This document shows positions 11,931 through 22,240 of a DNA stretch of 64,000 nucleotides, one piece after another. A program made the translations under genes and the position numbers. This stretch comes from an uncultured Verrucomicrobiae bacterium (GTDB taxonomy: Bacteria; Verrucomicrobiota; Verrucomicrobiia; Limisphaerales; Palsa-1400), in contig OY969763.1 in the NCBI GenBank assembly GCA_963702845.1, positions 1,856,001 to 1,920,000 on the forward strand, read 5' to 3'. The notes beneath the pieces are model-generated. The model was not told the DNA's origin. It worked only from the letters and a program-made list of their open reading frames with translations, and did not search any database. How positions within the stretch are numbered: position 1 is the stretch's first letter; every line of letters begins with the position of its first letter.

Positions 11931-12623
11931 ATGAAAAATAAACGAGGCTTCACCCTGATCGAACTGCTCGTCGTTATCGCCATCATCGCAATTTTAGCCT
12001 CGATGCTCCTACCCGCTCTCGCGCGCGCAAAACAAAAAGCCCGCGACGCCCAATGCATGTCCAACCTCCGCCAATGCGGCATTGCCATGCACGCCTACCT
12101 CGGTGATTTCCGCGACCGCATCTTTTGGGGCGACCCGCAAGACGTCAATCAAAGCTTTAACACAAACGGAATGGAATGGTTCGTTTGGGCAGGCCGAACC
12201 AACAACATCGGGATCCCGGCAGCGATTCAACAAGATATTTTCCGTCGCATCGACCGTCCGCTCAATCACTATGGTGTCACCGACAAACTCGTGACGTGTC
12301 CCTCTGATCAAGGCAGGTCCGCGGACGATGTGACTGGTGGAGCAGGGTTCAAACTCGTCGATTGGGTGGGCAACTCCTATATCTTCAACTTCGGTGGCAC
12401 AAACTACAATGGCAACTGGTCCGGCGGCCTCGACAACAAAATCGCCGCCAATGTCACTAACGTCTCTAGAGAAGTCATGTTTGCCGAAGGCATCATGCCC
12501 TACCCAAACGACAGCAAGACCTGGCACAAGCAGGACAAGCCCGCCGGCAATCTATTGTGTGTCGATGGCCACGCCGCCTTCCGCTACGCCGACGCCGCCC
12601 AACGCGAGTTCGACTGGAATTGA
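11931..12623 (+). CDS. Prepilin-type N-terminal cleavage/methylation domain protein
   Basis: [30 protein letters not shown]...CMSNLRQ...GNLLCVDGH. Confidence 0.88.
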   Translation: MKNKRGFTLIELLVVIAIIAILASMLLPALARAKQKARDAQCMSNLRQCGIAMHAYLGDFRDRIFWGDPQDVNQSFNTNGMEWFVWAGRTNNIGIPAAIQQDIFRRIDRPLNHYGVTDKLVTCPSDQGRSADDVTGGAGFKLVDWVGNSYIFNFGGTNYNGNWSGGLDNKIAANVTNVSREVMFAEGIMPYPNDSKTWHKQDKPAGNLLCVDGHAAFRYADAAQREFDWN

Positions 12624-12654
12624 CGCCCCGCTTTAGAGTTGTCGAATGGCCGCT

Positions 12655-13119
12655 CTACAACGACTTGATCACACGCGCCATTTCAAGAGCCGTTTGCGCC
12701 GCTTCCGTGCCGCGATTGTGCTCTTTGCTCAAACAACGCACCTTCGCCTGTGCTGCATTCTCCAACAGAAGCACTTCGTGAATGACCGGGATGCCGGATT
12801 GAACCTGAATATGCATCAGCGCCGAAGTGACCGCGTTCCCGATTTGCTGCGCGTGGTCTGTTTCACCGCGCAGGATGACCCCGAGACAAATGATGCCCGA
12901 TAGCTTCCATCTCCTGGAAGCGAGCATTCCAGCGACCACTGGGATTTCGAAAGCGCCAGGGACGCGCACGAGTTTCACCCCTGCGGAACCGCCGCGCTCC
13001 AGTTCGCGCTTGGCCGCTTCCACCATCGCGTCCACATATTCGCCATTATACTTTGATGCGACGATGGCGAAGTGGCCGCCAGTGTCGCGCATTCTCGACT
13101 GAAGGTTTTTTCGGAGCAT
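12655..13119 (-). CDS. ribH: 6,7-dimethyl-8-ribityllumazine synthase
   Basis: VRVPGAFEIP, ICLGVILRGETDH, NRGTEAAQTALEM; directly downstream of ribBA. Confidence 0.92.
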   Translation of the reverse strand: MLRKNLQSRMRDTGGHFAIVASKYNGEYVDAMVEAAKRELERGGSAGVKLVRVPGAFEIPVVAGMLASRRWKLSGIICLGVILRGETDHAQQIGNAVTSALMHIQVQSGIPVIHEVLLLENAAQAKVRCLSKEHNRGTEAAQTALEMARVIKSL

Positions 13120-13120
13120 G

Positions 13121-14321
13121 TTAGAGCAGGTGCCCAAGTTTTTCGCGCTTGGTCTTCAAATATTTTTCGTTGTGCGGATTGGCTTTGGCACGGATAGGAA
13201 TCTGTTTCGTAATTTCCAATCCGTAACCTTCAAGGCCAACAATTTTCTTCGGATTATTCGTCAGCAGACAAATCTTTTTCAACCCGAGGTCGACAAGAAT
13301 TTGCGCACCCAAACCGTATTCGCGCAGATCCATCCCATAGCCCAGTTTCAAATTGGCTTCGACAGTATCGTAGCCATTTTCCTGAAGCTTATACGCCTTG
13401 ATTTTCGGACCAAGACCGATGCCGCGACCTTCCTGGCGCATATAGACAATCACGCCTTGTCCGGCGTCGTTGATCTGCCGCATAGCCTGTTGCAGTTGCC
13501 AACCGCAATCGCAACGGCAAGAACCGAACACATCACCCGTGAGACATTCGCTGTGCACGCGCACGAGCACATTTTTCTTTCCGGCGACTGCGCCCTTCAC
13601 CAGCGCGACGTGGTTCGTGTCGTCGAGGTGTGACTTGTATAAATACAGGTCGAAATCGCCGTAAGCAGTCGGCATCTTCACAATTTCGACGCGTTCCACC
13701 AACTTCTCTCGCGTGCGACGATAGAGAATCAGGTCCTGAATCGTGCAGACCTTCAGCTTGTGCTTTTTCGCGAACTTCTTCAGTTCCGGCAAACGAGCCA
13801 TCGACCCGTCGTCACTCATGATCTCACAAATCACACCGATAGGACGCCCGCCCGCGAGCTTGACCAAATCGACTGCAGCTTCGGTATGACCAGCGCGTTG
13901 CAAAACGCCGCCCGGTTTCGCTCTCAAAGGAAAAACGTGTCCCGGCTGAATCAAATCGTCGGGCACCGCCGTCGGGTCCGCCATAATACGAATGGTGCGA
14001 GCACGATCGGCAGCACTGATTCCGGTGGTGATTCCGGATGCCGCATCAACGCTCACCTGAAAATCCGTCCGAAACTTGTCACGGTTCTGAACCACCATTT
14101 GTTCGACGCCGAGCTGTTTCAAGCGCTCGGTGGTGGTAGGGAACACAAATGAGGCCGCGCCCGTGTTTCGCCATGAAATTCACCGCTGCGGGCGTCACGC
14201 ACTCGGCGGCCATAATCAGGTCGCCTTCATTCTCCCGGTCCGCATCGTCGACCACGATCACCATCTTGCCCGTGCGCAAGTCGGCGACCACTCCTTCGAT
14301 GCTGTCAAATACGCGTTTCAT
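13121..14321 (-). CDS. ribBA: Bifunctional DHBP synthase / GTP cyclohydrolase II; frameshift near 14145
   Basis: N-terminal [12 protein letters not shown]...GRGLIC (ORF 14079..14321) joins [45 protein letters not shown] (ORF 13121..14146). Confidence 0.93.
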
Positions 14322-14363
14322 TCCAATATGAACCTAACGGGGAAACCCCCAACAACCAAGCCC

Positions 14364-14482
14364 GAAGCTCCATAGAAAGAAGCTCCAAACTTCAGAGAAA
14401 ATCCAATTCACCAGCGCCATCGTGACGCTTGCGTTTGGAGCTTCTCTGGAGCTTGGAGCTTGGAGCTTGTGATTTAGAGCTT
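14364..14482. repeat. Intergenic heptamer-like (AAGCTCC/GGAGCTT) imperfect palindromic repeat
   Basis: gaagctcc...gaagctccaaac on the left is mirrored by ttggagcttctctggagcttggagcttggagctt on the right. Confidence 0.6.
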
Positions 14483-14486
14483 TAGA

Positions 14487-14699
14487 TTAGTTCTGCGCTT
14501 TTGGCGAGATCAACGTCTTCTTCGAAGCGCCTTCGGAGGTGCAAGCACCAGCTTTTTTGCCGGCGCAGCAGGCCTTCTTGTCGGCGGAAGCGGCGCATTG
14601 TTTCTTCGCCAAAGGACATTCCTTCTTGGCTTCTTCCGCGAAGGTCGCGGTGCTGATGGCAAATGCTGCAATTGTCAGTGTCAGGATGACTTTTTTCAT
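14487..14699 (-). CDS. Small secreted Cys/Lys/Ala-rich protein
   Basis: MKKVILTLTIAAFAISTATFA signal peptide followed by ECPLAKKQC...KACCAGKKAGAC. Confidence 0.65.
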   Translation of the reverse strand: MKKVILTLTIAAFAISTATFAEEAKKECPLAKKQCAASADKKACCAGKKAGACTSEGASKKTLISPKAQN

Positions 14700-14766
14700 T
14701 TTATTTTACTTTCTAAACTTTTCGGTTCCTCAGCTATCAGACGTGCAACCGGGGAAAATTGTTCAA

Positions 14767-14997
14767 CTACTTCTTCTTTTTGTGATGACGCTTGCCGTGG
14801 TGCTTTTTGCGCTTGTGATGTTTCTTATGCTTCTTGTGCTTGCGATGTTTACGCGGATGCGTGCTGACGTTAACAACTTGAGTGCGGCTTCCGATCCGGG
14901 CGGTGCGCGTTCCGGAGTTGACGATGGCGGCATCAACGCAAAGGGTCGAAGTCAAAACGAAGACCGACAGCAGCACGTACAATAGGACTTTTTTCAT
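14767..14997 (-). CDS. Small secreted protein with His/Lys/Arg-rich tail
   Basis: MKKVLLYVLLSVFVLTSTLCVDA signal peptide; C-terminus HPRKHRKHKKHKKHHKRKKHHGKRHHKKKK. Confidence 0.6.
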   Translation of the reverse strand: MKKVLLYVLLSVFVLTSTLCVDAAIVNSGTRTARIGSRTQVVNVSTHPRKHRKHKKHKKHHKRKKHHGKRHHKKKK

Positions 14998-15046
14998 CAC
15001 CAATGTTGTTTGGATAGTTGCCGTGTAAGATACAGCAGCCCAGCCA

Positions 15047-16084
15047 CTAGTCGAGAATTTTTCCGTCCGGCGTCGCCTCGAAACTCTCGTCGTTGTCGTC
15101 ACGTGTAACATCGACCTCGTAATACAGGCTATCGCTTTCCTGCGTTTTGGTGATGGGACCGACGGTCGCGCCCGCTGTATTTTCCTGAATGAGCTTTTGC
15201 ACCGGCGCCGGAACCTGAGCGAGCGGGATGACCTCGCTTTCGCTCACGAGCGTCCCATTCATTTCAACGACGAGCGAGTGCTCGTTGGTCGATCCGGTGA
15301 ATTCAACGGTGTATTGGCAATCGTGCGCCTCGCAGTCTTTGACGACCTTTAGGTCGGGACCGTTGCCCATGCGCGCGAGAATGGCCTTCTGCACCGCTGC
15401 CGGTGTTTCGAACAAGGTGAGTTCGCGCCGCAACAGATCGCCATCGTCCGCGACGAAGAACTCGAACTCTTTATCATTATTCGCCGCTTCGATGTGAAAA
15501 CTGACGTCGCCGCTTTCAACCACTTTGCCGAGATAAGTTATTTTGGCGGCGTTCAGTTCGGCTTTGATCGTGGCCTGCGCCGGGGCCGGAAGTTGCGCGA
15601 GATCGGTTTCAGTTTCTACGCTCAACACCTTTCCTTTGCTGTCCACTTCAACGAACGTGCTCTTGTCGTTCTTCGTGATCTCGGCTTCGAACGTGGTTTG
15701 TTCGTTATCAACGAATCGAGTGACCTGTTCGATTTTTCCGCCAGTTGCCTGTTGGCGAAAAACGTTCTGGACCGGTTTCGGGCAACCACCGAGACCCAGG
15801 TGCTGTTCGAGGTAAACGAACTTGCCGGACGCGGAGAGGTCCACGTCGTTGTGCTTGCCGTTCTTGCCACCGGAAAAGTGGTAAATGGTTTCGCCTTTTT
15901 CCATTCTCGTTTCCGCGGAAGGCGAACCATTGATGAAATGGTGCGCTTCTTTTTGGACCGGCTCGGGTATCTGAGACCAAGGGATTTTTGTGGCGTGGCA
16001 GGTGAAAGATCCAAGCACCAAGATCCAAGCACCAAGCTTCAAGCCACGCCGATTCGCCCGAGGTATCGTCATAGGTTTATCCAC
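15047..16084 (-). CDS. Secreted PepSY-like repeat protein
   Basis: Repeated units of the form 'LAQLPAPAQATIK...YEV...DGK'; signal-like N-terminus. Confidence 0.65.
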   Translation of the reverse strand: MDKPMTIPRANRRGLKLGAWILVLGSFTCHATKIPWSQIPEPVQKEAHHFINGSPSAETRMEKGETIYHFSGGKNGKHNDVDLSASGKFVYLEQHLGLGGCPKPVQNVFRQQATGGKIEQVTRFVDNEQTTFEAEITKNDKSTFVEVDSKGKVLSVETETDLAQLPAPAQATIKAELNAAKITYLGKVVESGDVSFHIEAANNDKEFEFFVADDGDLLRRELTLFETPAAVQKAILARMGNGPDLKVVKDCEAHDCQYTVEFTGSTNEHSLVVEMNGTLVSESEVIPLAQVPAPVQKLIQENTAGATVGPITKTQESDSLYYEVDVTRDDNDESFEATPDGKILD

Positions 16085-19000
16085 CGATCAATTGTTTCGC
16101 CTTCGCGAGCGCCTCGTCGAGCTTCACTGCGTCTTTGCCGCCGCCGCGCGCGTTGTCGGGTTTGCCACCGCCTTTGCCGCCGACGATCGGGGCAATCGCT
16201 TGAATGATTTTGCCGGCCTGGAATTTCGCCGTGAAATCTGGAGAGACCGCGGACATTAAAGAGACGGCATTATTCGCCGTGCCGCCTAGAACGATCACGC
16301 CTTTGAATTGTCCTTTCAACGCATCGGCAATGTCCTGCAGGAAATCGCCATCGGCTGCGGCGATGTTCTCGATGATCGCAGGTGTGCCGTTCAAAGTCTG
16401 GGCGCGTTGCACGAGAGTCTTCGCCAGATCGGCCGCTTGTTTTTGCTGCATCGACTTGAGCTGCTTCTCGAGTTCCTTCTGCTGCGCGAGCAGGGCTTCG
16501 ACCTTCTTCTCCAATTCGCCGACTGGCGCACTGACTTTTTTCGCGACGGAGCTGATGAGAGCGGTTTCTTCTTTGGCCTTTTCGTAAGCAGCGAGGCCGG
16601 AGAGAGCCTCGATACGCCGGATGCCCGCAGCAACCGCATTTTCTGAAACAATGCGGAACAAACCGATTTCACCGGTAGCACGAGTGTGCGTGCCGCCGCA
16701 AAGTTCCATCGAATAGCCATTGAGCGCTTTGGACTGGCCGCCGATTTGGACAACCCGAACGACGTCGCCGTATTTTTCGCCGAAGAATTGCATGATCTCT
16801 TTGCGACCCTTGATTTCCGCAAATGGAACTTCCGTCCAGGAAACAACAGCGTTTTCGAGGATGCGTTCGTTGACGAGTTTTTCAACATCGGCGACTTGCT
16901 CCGGCGTCAAAGCGGCGCTGCTGAAATCGAACGTCAATTTGTCCGGCCCAACATACGAACCTTTTTGCGTCGCATCCTGGTTGACCACTTCGTGCAGTGC
17001 CCAATGGAGCAGGTGCGTGACGGTGTGATGGCGCTCGATGGCGTGACGACGACCGGCATCAACGGAGATGCGGATCGCTTCACCGACTTCGGGATTTCGA
17101 CCATCGATCATTGCTGCGCGATGGAGAAAGGCGTCGCCTTTCTTTTGTGTGTCGACGATTTTCAGTTTGCCGACTTCGGTGCGGTCGTGGCCGGGGACGT
17201 GGAGCAAACCAAAGTCGCCGACCTGGCCGCCCATTTCGGCGTAGAGCGGTGACTTATCGAGCACGACGATGATTTCGTTCGGTTTCTCCGATGGAGCGAT
17301 TGCCTGGACGATAGCTTCGGTTTCGAGATAGTCGTAACCGAGGAATTTGGTCGCGCCGAGTTTCAGGCCGTCTTCGCTCAGTTTAATCACTTGCTTTTTC
17401 TTTTCATGATCTTCGCGTGCGCGATTGCGCTGTTCTTCCATCAGTTTTTCGAAACCGATGACGTCGACCTTCAGGCCGCGTTCGCGAGCCATCAGTTCAG
17501 TGAGGTCGAGCGGAAAACCATATGTATCGTACAGTTTGAATGCCGAAGGCCCTGGAAGAACAGGCTCAATCTGTTTCGGCAGCTCTTGACTGAGTGTGAT
17601 GAGTTCCTTGCGTAAGGTGGTTCGGGCTCGATCAAAAGCGACCGGGTCGCTGCCGCTCTCGATAAATCGATCAAATGCGCTATCAGCCGTCTTGGCCAAA
17701 TCTCGGGCTTTTTTGGCAACAGGTCCAAGCGTTTGGACTATAGCTGTAAGATTGTCCCCCAACTTCTGTTCACTAACCTTTTCGATAAACCTGTCCGACA
17801 AAGTCGAAGTGACATCCAAAATCAACGTAGCCCAAATACCTTCCAACTTTGTACGACTGGCGGGAAATGCATCAGGAATGGAATCAATCTCTCGAATAAT
17901 GTCTTGCACCCGCGGAGGAGCCGAAGTCAAAAACTTTGTTGCGCCCTCTATCTCCTTGGCTGCGACCTCAAAGAACGCGCACCCGGTATCGAGCGTTTTG
18001 TTAAACGCTTCTTCTTCCCGTAGGATGACCTCAACGACGTGCGACTGTTTTTTGCGGATTTCAGGGAAAACGTCGCCCATCGTGTCGGCAAGAATGTCGA
18101 CCAGTTTGTAAAAGAACGGTTCCGTAAAACCTAACGTGCGGCCGTAGCGAACGGCGCGACGGAGGATGCGACGCAGGACGTAGTTGCGGTCATTGTTGCC
18201 GGGGAGGATGCCGTCGGCGATGGAGAAACTCAGGGTGCGGATATGGTCGGCGATGACGCGCATCGCGACGTCGATTTTTTCCTGCTCGGTGTCGCCGGTG
18301 CTGCCGGTTTTCGGCAAAGTGGACTTGTAGGTCTTGCCGCTCATTTTTTCGAGCTTGTCGAAAATGGGGCGGAAAATGTCAGTCTCGTAATTCGAAATCG
18401 TGCGGCTGAAATCGCTGAAGCCTTTTGTGTTTTGGATGATGCCGCTGACGCGTTCGAAACCCATGCCGGTATCGACGTGTTTGGCGGGCAGGGGAGAGAA
18501 CGTGCCGTCGGGGTTCGCGTTGAACTGGATGAAAACGAGGTTCCAGATTTCAATGCATTGCGCGCTGCCTTTGTTGACGAGCGAGCCTTTGGTATCGCCG
18601 TTCGGCGTGAGATCGACGTGCAGTTCGCTGCATGGACCGCACGGGCCGGTGTCGCCCATCATCCAGAAATTGTCTTTCTTGTTGCCGTAAACGATATGGA
18701 CTTTCGGATCGAGATCCGGCCTCGGTGAACCATTTGGACCAATAATCGTACGCTTCCTGGTCGAAGTCGCTTGGATCGCCCGGCCCCGGTTTATAGACCG
18801 TCGCGTAGATGCGGTTCTTCGGAAATTTCCAAACGCCGGTGACGAGTTCCCAGGCCCATTCGATCGCTTCCTTTTTGAAATAATCGCCAAAGCTCCAGTT
18901 CCCGAGCATTTCGAAAAATGTGTGGTGATAGGTATCGAGGCCGACATCTTCGAGATCGTTGTGTTTGCCGCCGGCGCGAATGCACTTCTGGGTATCGGCC

Positions 19001-19209
19001 GCGCGAGTGGATTTGGCGGGAATGGCGCCGGCCCATTTATCGACATCCGGCGCGCGTTGGCCGAGGAAGATCGGGACGAACTGGTTCATGCCTGCGTTCG
19101 TGAACAGCAGGTTGGGGGAGTCCGGCATCAGGCTCGACGAGGGCACGATGGTGTGCGCCTTCGATTTGAAGAAATCCAAGTAGGACTGGCGAATTTGGGT
19201 GCTCGTCAT
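16077..19209 (-). CDS. alaS: Alanine--tRNA ligase; frameshift near 18720; internal insertion of about 125 aa
   Basis: [44 protein letters not shown] (ORF 18550..19209) joins [57 protein letters not shown] (ORF 16077..19046). Confidence 0.96.
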
Positions 19210-19279
19210 TGGGTCTAGTCTAAAGTTAAAGGTCTAAAGTTCAAAGTTTAAGGCATTAAGTCAAAGGTAACTTTTGCGG

Positions 19280-19314
19280 AGGGCGTTTCCAACTGGCCGA
19301 GTTGGAAACGCCCT
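19280..19314. repeat. Perfect 15-bp inverted repeat upstream of alaS
   Basis: AGGGCGTTTCCAACT-ggccg-AGTTGGAAACGCCCT. Confidence 0.7.
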
Positions 19315-19636
19315 TGGACCGCTGCCGGTTAGAAACCGGCGCTCCGAAAGACCTTGCTGCGCTCGGGACGGGCGCACTCCGGAAAATGCGCCGGAATGTT
19401 GCTACTAGTTGCTACAAGCGACTACTGGCGGCAACTGGTTGTGACATTTCTGACGTGTTTGTTGCTATTTCAAAGAACGAATCGGGCCGTTTTGGGCTCG
19501 AGGCCGGCTTGGCCGGCGACCATGGTTGAGAGACTAGGTGGGAAGTAGCGGGCTGTCAATAGGATGTAGCATAACAAATAGTTTGGCGACAGTGTTGACA
19601 GGGTAGTGCCTTCATTTTTATTGTTTTTGGATTGAT

Positions 19637-20470
19637 ATGAATGCCAACGAACACAATGACGGAGAGAATTTCAAATTTGAAATTTCGGATTTGAAAGAGG
19701 GACAGGTTTTAGAGCGTAAAGAAGAGTCGGAGGCTGTGGCGGTTGGGGATGCGGCGGTCACGGTGGTGGCGGAGGGTTCACGGGTTGCAGTGGAGGGAGG
19801 AAGTAAAGTTCGATGGAAGAAACGCGGAGCACGGATTACAGCCGTGGCGAGGGAGTCGGTTTGTGGTGAGGTGGCGGGGGTTTTGCCGGGAAGGAAGCGG
19901 TGGGGGAAGATTGCGCGGATGCCGTTTGAGACGCGGGAATGGTTGAATGAACAAATCCGGGATGGAATGAAATATGTGGAGATTTCGGCGGCGCTGAAGA
20001 AGAAGGGGTTTGATGGGGTGACGAAGTTTGATTTGTCGACGTGGCAACGCGGCGGGCATCAGGATTGGTTGCGCGACCAGGAACGGATGGCGGCGATTCG
20101 GAATGATGTTGGCCGAGTGGTTAAGGCGGTGGAGAAGTTGTCGGAGAATGAGGCAGAAGGAATTGAACGGTTTAATGAAATGTTGATTGGGATGCAGATT
20201 GTGCATTCGTTGCAGGACTTGCATCGGGGGACGTTGAAGGAGCTGGTGGAGGGGAAGCCAGAGTTGGTTTTCCGAATTGCGCGGGTGACGAGTGATCAGG
20301 CGCGGGATCGGGCGAGGAGGAAGCGGGCGAGGAGGAAGCGGGCGAATTTGTTGGTGCGAAAGTATGATGACGGGCTGAAGGAAAAGAAGGCGAGTGTTCA
20401 ACCGGTAATGAAGCGAGGGCTGACGCCGGAGACGCTGAAGCAGATTGAAGCGGCAATGGCGAGGTTGTAG
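19637..20470 (+). CDS. Hypothetical protein (possibly DUF3486/phage Gp27-like helical protein)
   Basis: 277-aa ORF; GKIARMPFETREWLNEQIRDGMKYVEI resembles that family's N-terminal motif; C-poor sense strand. Confidence 0.5.
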   Translation: MNANEHNDGENFKFEISDLKEGQVLERKEESEAVAVGDAAVTVVAEGSRVAVEGGSKVRWKKRGARITAVARESVCGEVAGVLPGRKRWGKIARMPFETREWLNEQIRDGMKYVEISAALKKKGFDGVTKFDLSTWQRGGHQDWLRDQERMAAIRNDVGRVVKAVEKLSENEAEGIERFNEMLIGMQIVHSLQDLHRGTLKELVEGKPELVFRIARVTSDQARDRARRKRARRKRANLLVRKYDDGLKEKKASVQPVMKRGLTPETLKQIEAAMARL

Positions 20471-20585
20471 GGAAAGGGTGAAGGTGCGTGAGTCGGTAAG
20501 TCGGAGCGCGAATGGGAACGATCGAACATGGTCGGAGGTTCAATTCGCGTTGTGATGTTGCTGCGCGCGAGACGCCCGCACTCCG

Positions 20586-20617
20586 AAAAAACGCCGCCGA
20601 TGAAAACCGGCGGCGTT
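20586..20617 (-). terminator. Rho-independent terminator for the 20643..21605 gene
   Basis: AACGCCGCCG/CGGCGGCGTT 10-bp stem; the A-run on + gives a U-tract on the - strand. Confidence 0.65.
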
Positions 20618-20642
20618 ATCGATTAAATTTTCTGGCTGGATC

Positions 20643-21605
20643 TTACGGATTGGCCAAACGGAAAAACAGGTTGTTGGTCGCCACCGGCACAGTGACCTGA
20701 TTATTCGTGCTGACCACGCCGACTGAATTAGTCGTGTTCACCCAATTGGTCGAACCAACGTCCGTATTTTGTTGCAGATGAAATCCGGCGAACGATGTGG
20801 GCCACGCCAAAACCACGCTGTTCGTTCCATTTTGGATATTCAAAGAGGGCTTAGGAGCTGTGGGCGTGAAAGCGATCCCATCAATGTTCGCGACGGACGC
20901 ACCGATATCCGTAACATTTCCGGCCGCATCAAAAATAACCAGGTGCGTCGGCGAGCCGAGATCCATTCCGTAGAGAGTATTACCATCAAACGCCATAGAA
21001 GCATATGAGGCATTAGGCCCCGCGGGTTTGACCGGATTGGTGATGTTGGAATACACGCCGGTCGTCGGAGCGAACGTTCCAAACTGTGTGTGGGTCGGAC
21101 TGCTAAAGAAAACTCCAGTAGGGCTGATCGCTATACCGCCTCCTTCCGTGAAGCTGACGCCGGAAGGTCCAACTTTCGTCGCTGTCCCAGTCGCGGTATT
21201 GATAGTGTAAAGATTCGCGCCGCCCGACGCGCTTATTCCGTAAAGATTACCACTCGGATCAAACGCGATATCGGCCATCGTGCCGGAAGTGCCATAAGAT
21301 CCGACTACGGTGACCAGAGCATTCGTCGGGTTAATCGTCAGCAGCAACGTGCCGGTTTTTCCACCGGTCGAACCATAGAGAACGCCGGTTGTCGGATGAA
21401 AAGCCAAGCCGGTAACCGCATAGTTTACGCTGCTGGAGTCGTTCAACGGGCCGACGTCCTGAACGGCGTTGCCCGTGGCTGCATCGATGATCCATAGTTC
21501 CCCCGCGCCGCCCGCCGAGGTGGATCCATAAAGTGTAGAAGCCTGGGAGTGAGTTTCAAACGCCCAAAGACAAAGCGCGGCCAGTAGCAGTGAGGAAGTT
21601 TTCAT
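20643..21605 (-). CDS. Secreted beta-propeller-like protein with verrucomicrobial-type C-terminal domain
   Basis: Signal peptide; repeats GLAFHP/DIAFDP/GIAF; tail LNIQNGTNSVVLAWP...LQQNT...W...FFRL. Confidence 0.7.
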   Translation of the reverse strand: MKTSSLLLAALCLWAFETHSQASTLYGSTSAGGAGELWIIDAATGNAVQDVGPLNDSSSVNYAVTGLAFHPTTGVLYGSTGGKTGTLLLTINPTNALVTVVGSYGTSGTMADIAFDPSGNLYGISASGGANLYTINTATGTATKVGPSGVSFTEGGGIAISPTGVFFSSPTHTQFGTFAPTTGVYSNITNPVKPAGPNASYASMAFDGNTLYGMDLGSPTHLVIFDAAGNVTDIGASVANIDGIAFTPTAPKPSLNIQNGTNSVVLAWPTSFAGFHLQQNTDVGSTNWVNTTNSVGVVSTNNQVTVPVATNNLFFRLANP

Positions 21606-22060
21606 AGGAGTTAGTTTTCAAGGAGTTTATTGTTGTATTCAAGATCGCGAACCCGATGGACCAAGAGTCAACCAGATTCAATTTCAAGTGACAAGGGCAG
21701 AAGTGTGGGCGCGAATATTGCTTTCAAGCCTGGATGGCAAACGGTGCGCTCGGTATGAGTGTCAATAGGTTGAAACTACCTCGCGCGCTCCGCTCTTAAC
21801 GCTTGGCGTTAACCCAAACGCACATCTTTTAGCTCGCTCTGTAGGTAACCAAAATGCAGATCATTTCGCAGAATGAAAACGGTTTGAAGGTGGGTTTGTT
21901 CGAATGACAGGCTATTTACCTATTACCGAGCAATTCTTAAGGTCAAGGCTAGGTGATCTGGCGTGGTGAGACGGGACCGGCCATGCGGTGGAGAGTCGTT
22001 GCTTCAGGCATTAGTGAAGAGGAATTGTCACCGCATGAATTGCGACGTTGGTTTTAAGCC

Positions 22061-22240
22061 GTCCCTTCGGGACTTATTGGCCTGCGTCGTTTTTACCCGG
22101 CATTGAAATGCCGGGCTAGGTTCAGGTGCCCCTTCGGGGCAAAGACCGGCAATTTTGTGTTGAAGGCAGACGGAGGCTCTAACTGTTGGCGGGCTTGTTT
22201 CGCGGAGAAAATTAGAGCCTCCTCACGTCGGCTGCCACAA
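22061..22240. repeat. Cluster of REP-like hairpins abutting the recombinase 3' end
   Basis: GTCCC-TTC-GGGAC (22061), CCCGGCAT...ATGCCGGG (22096), GCCCC-TTC-GGGGC (22128), and an 11-bp IR GGAGGCTCTAA (22172) / TTAGAGCCTCC (22212). Confidence 0.65.

Noticed and set aside
14322..14486. FMN riboswitch upstream of ribBA
   Set aside because: No RFN-element consensus seen; the spacer holds simple palindromic repeats.
17560..17980. Intein in alaS
   Set aside because: No HN/HQ followed by C/S/T at the C-terminal junction and no recognisable Hint-domain blocks.
18550..19209. Naturally split alaS or programmed frameshift
   Set aside because: No slippery heptamer at the break, and many other genes show similar indels; sequencing error is more likely.
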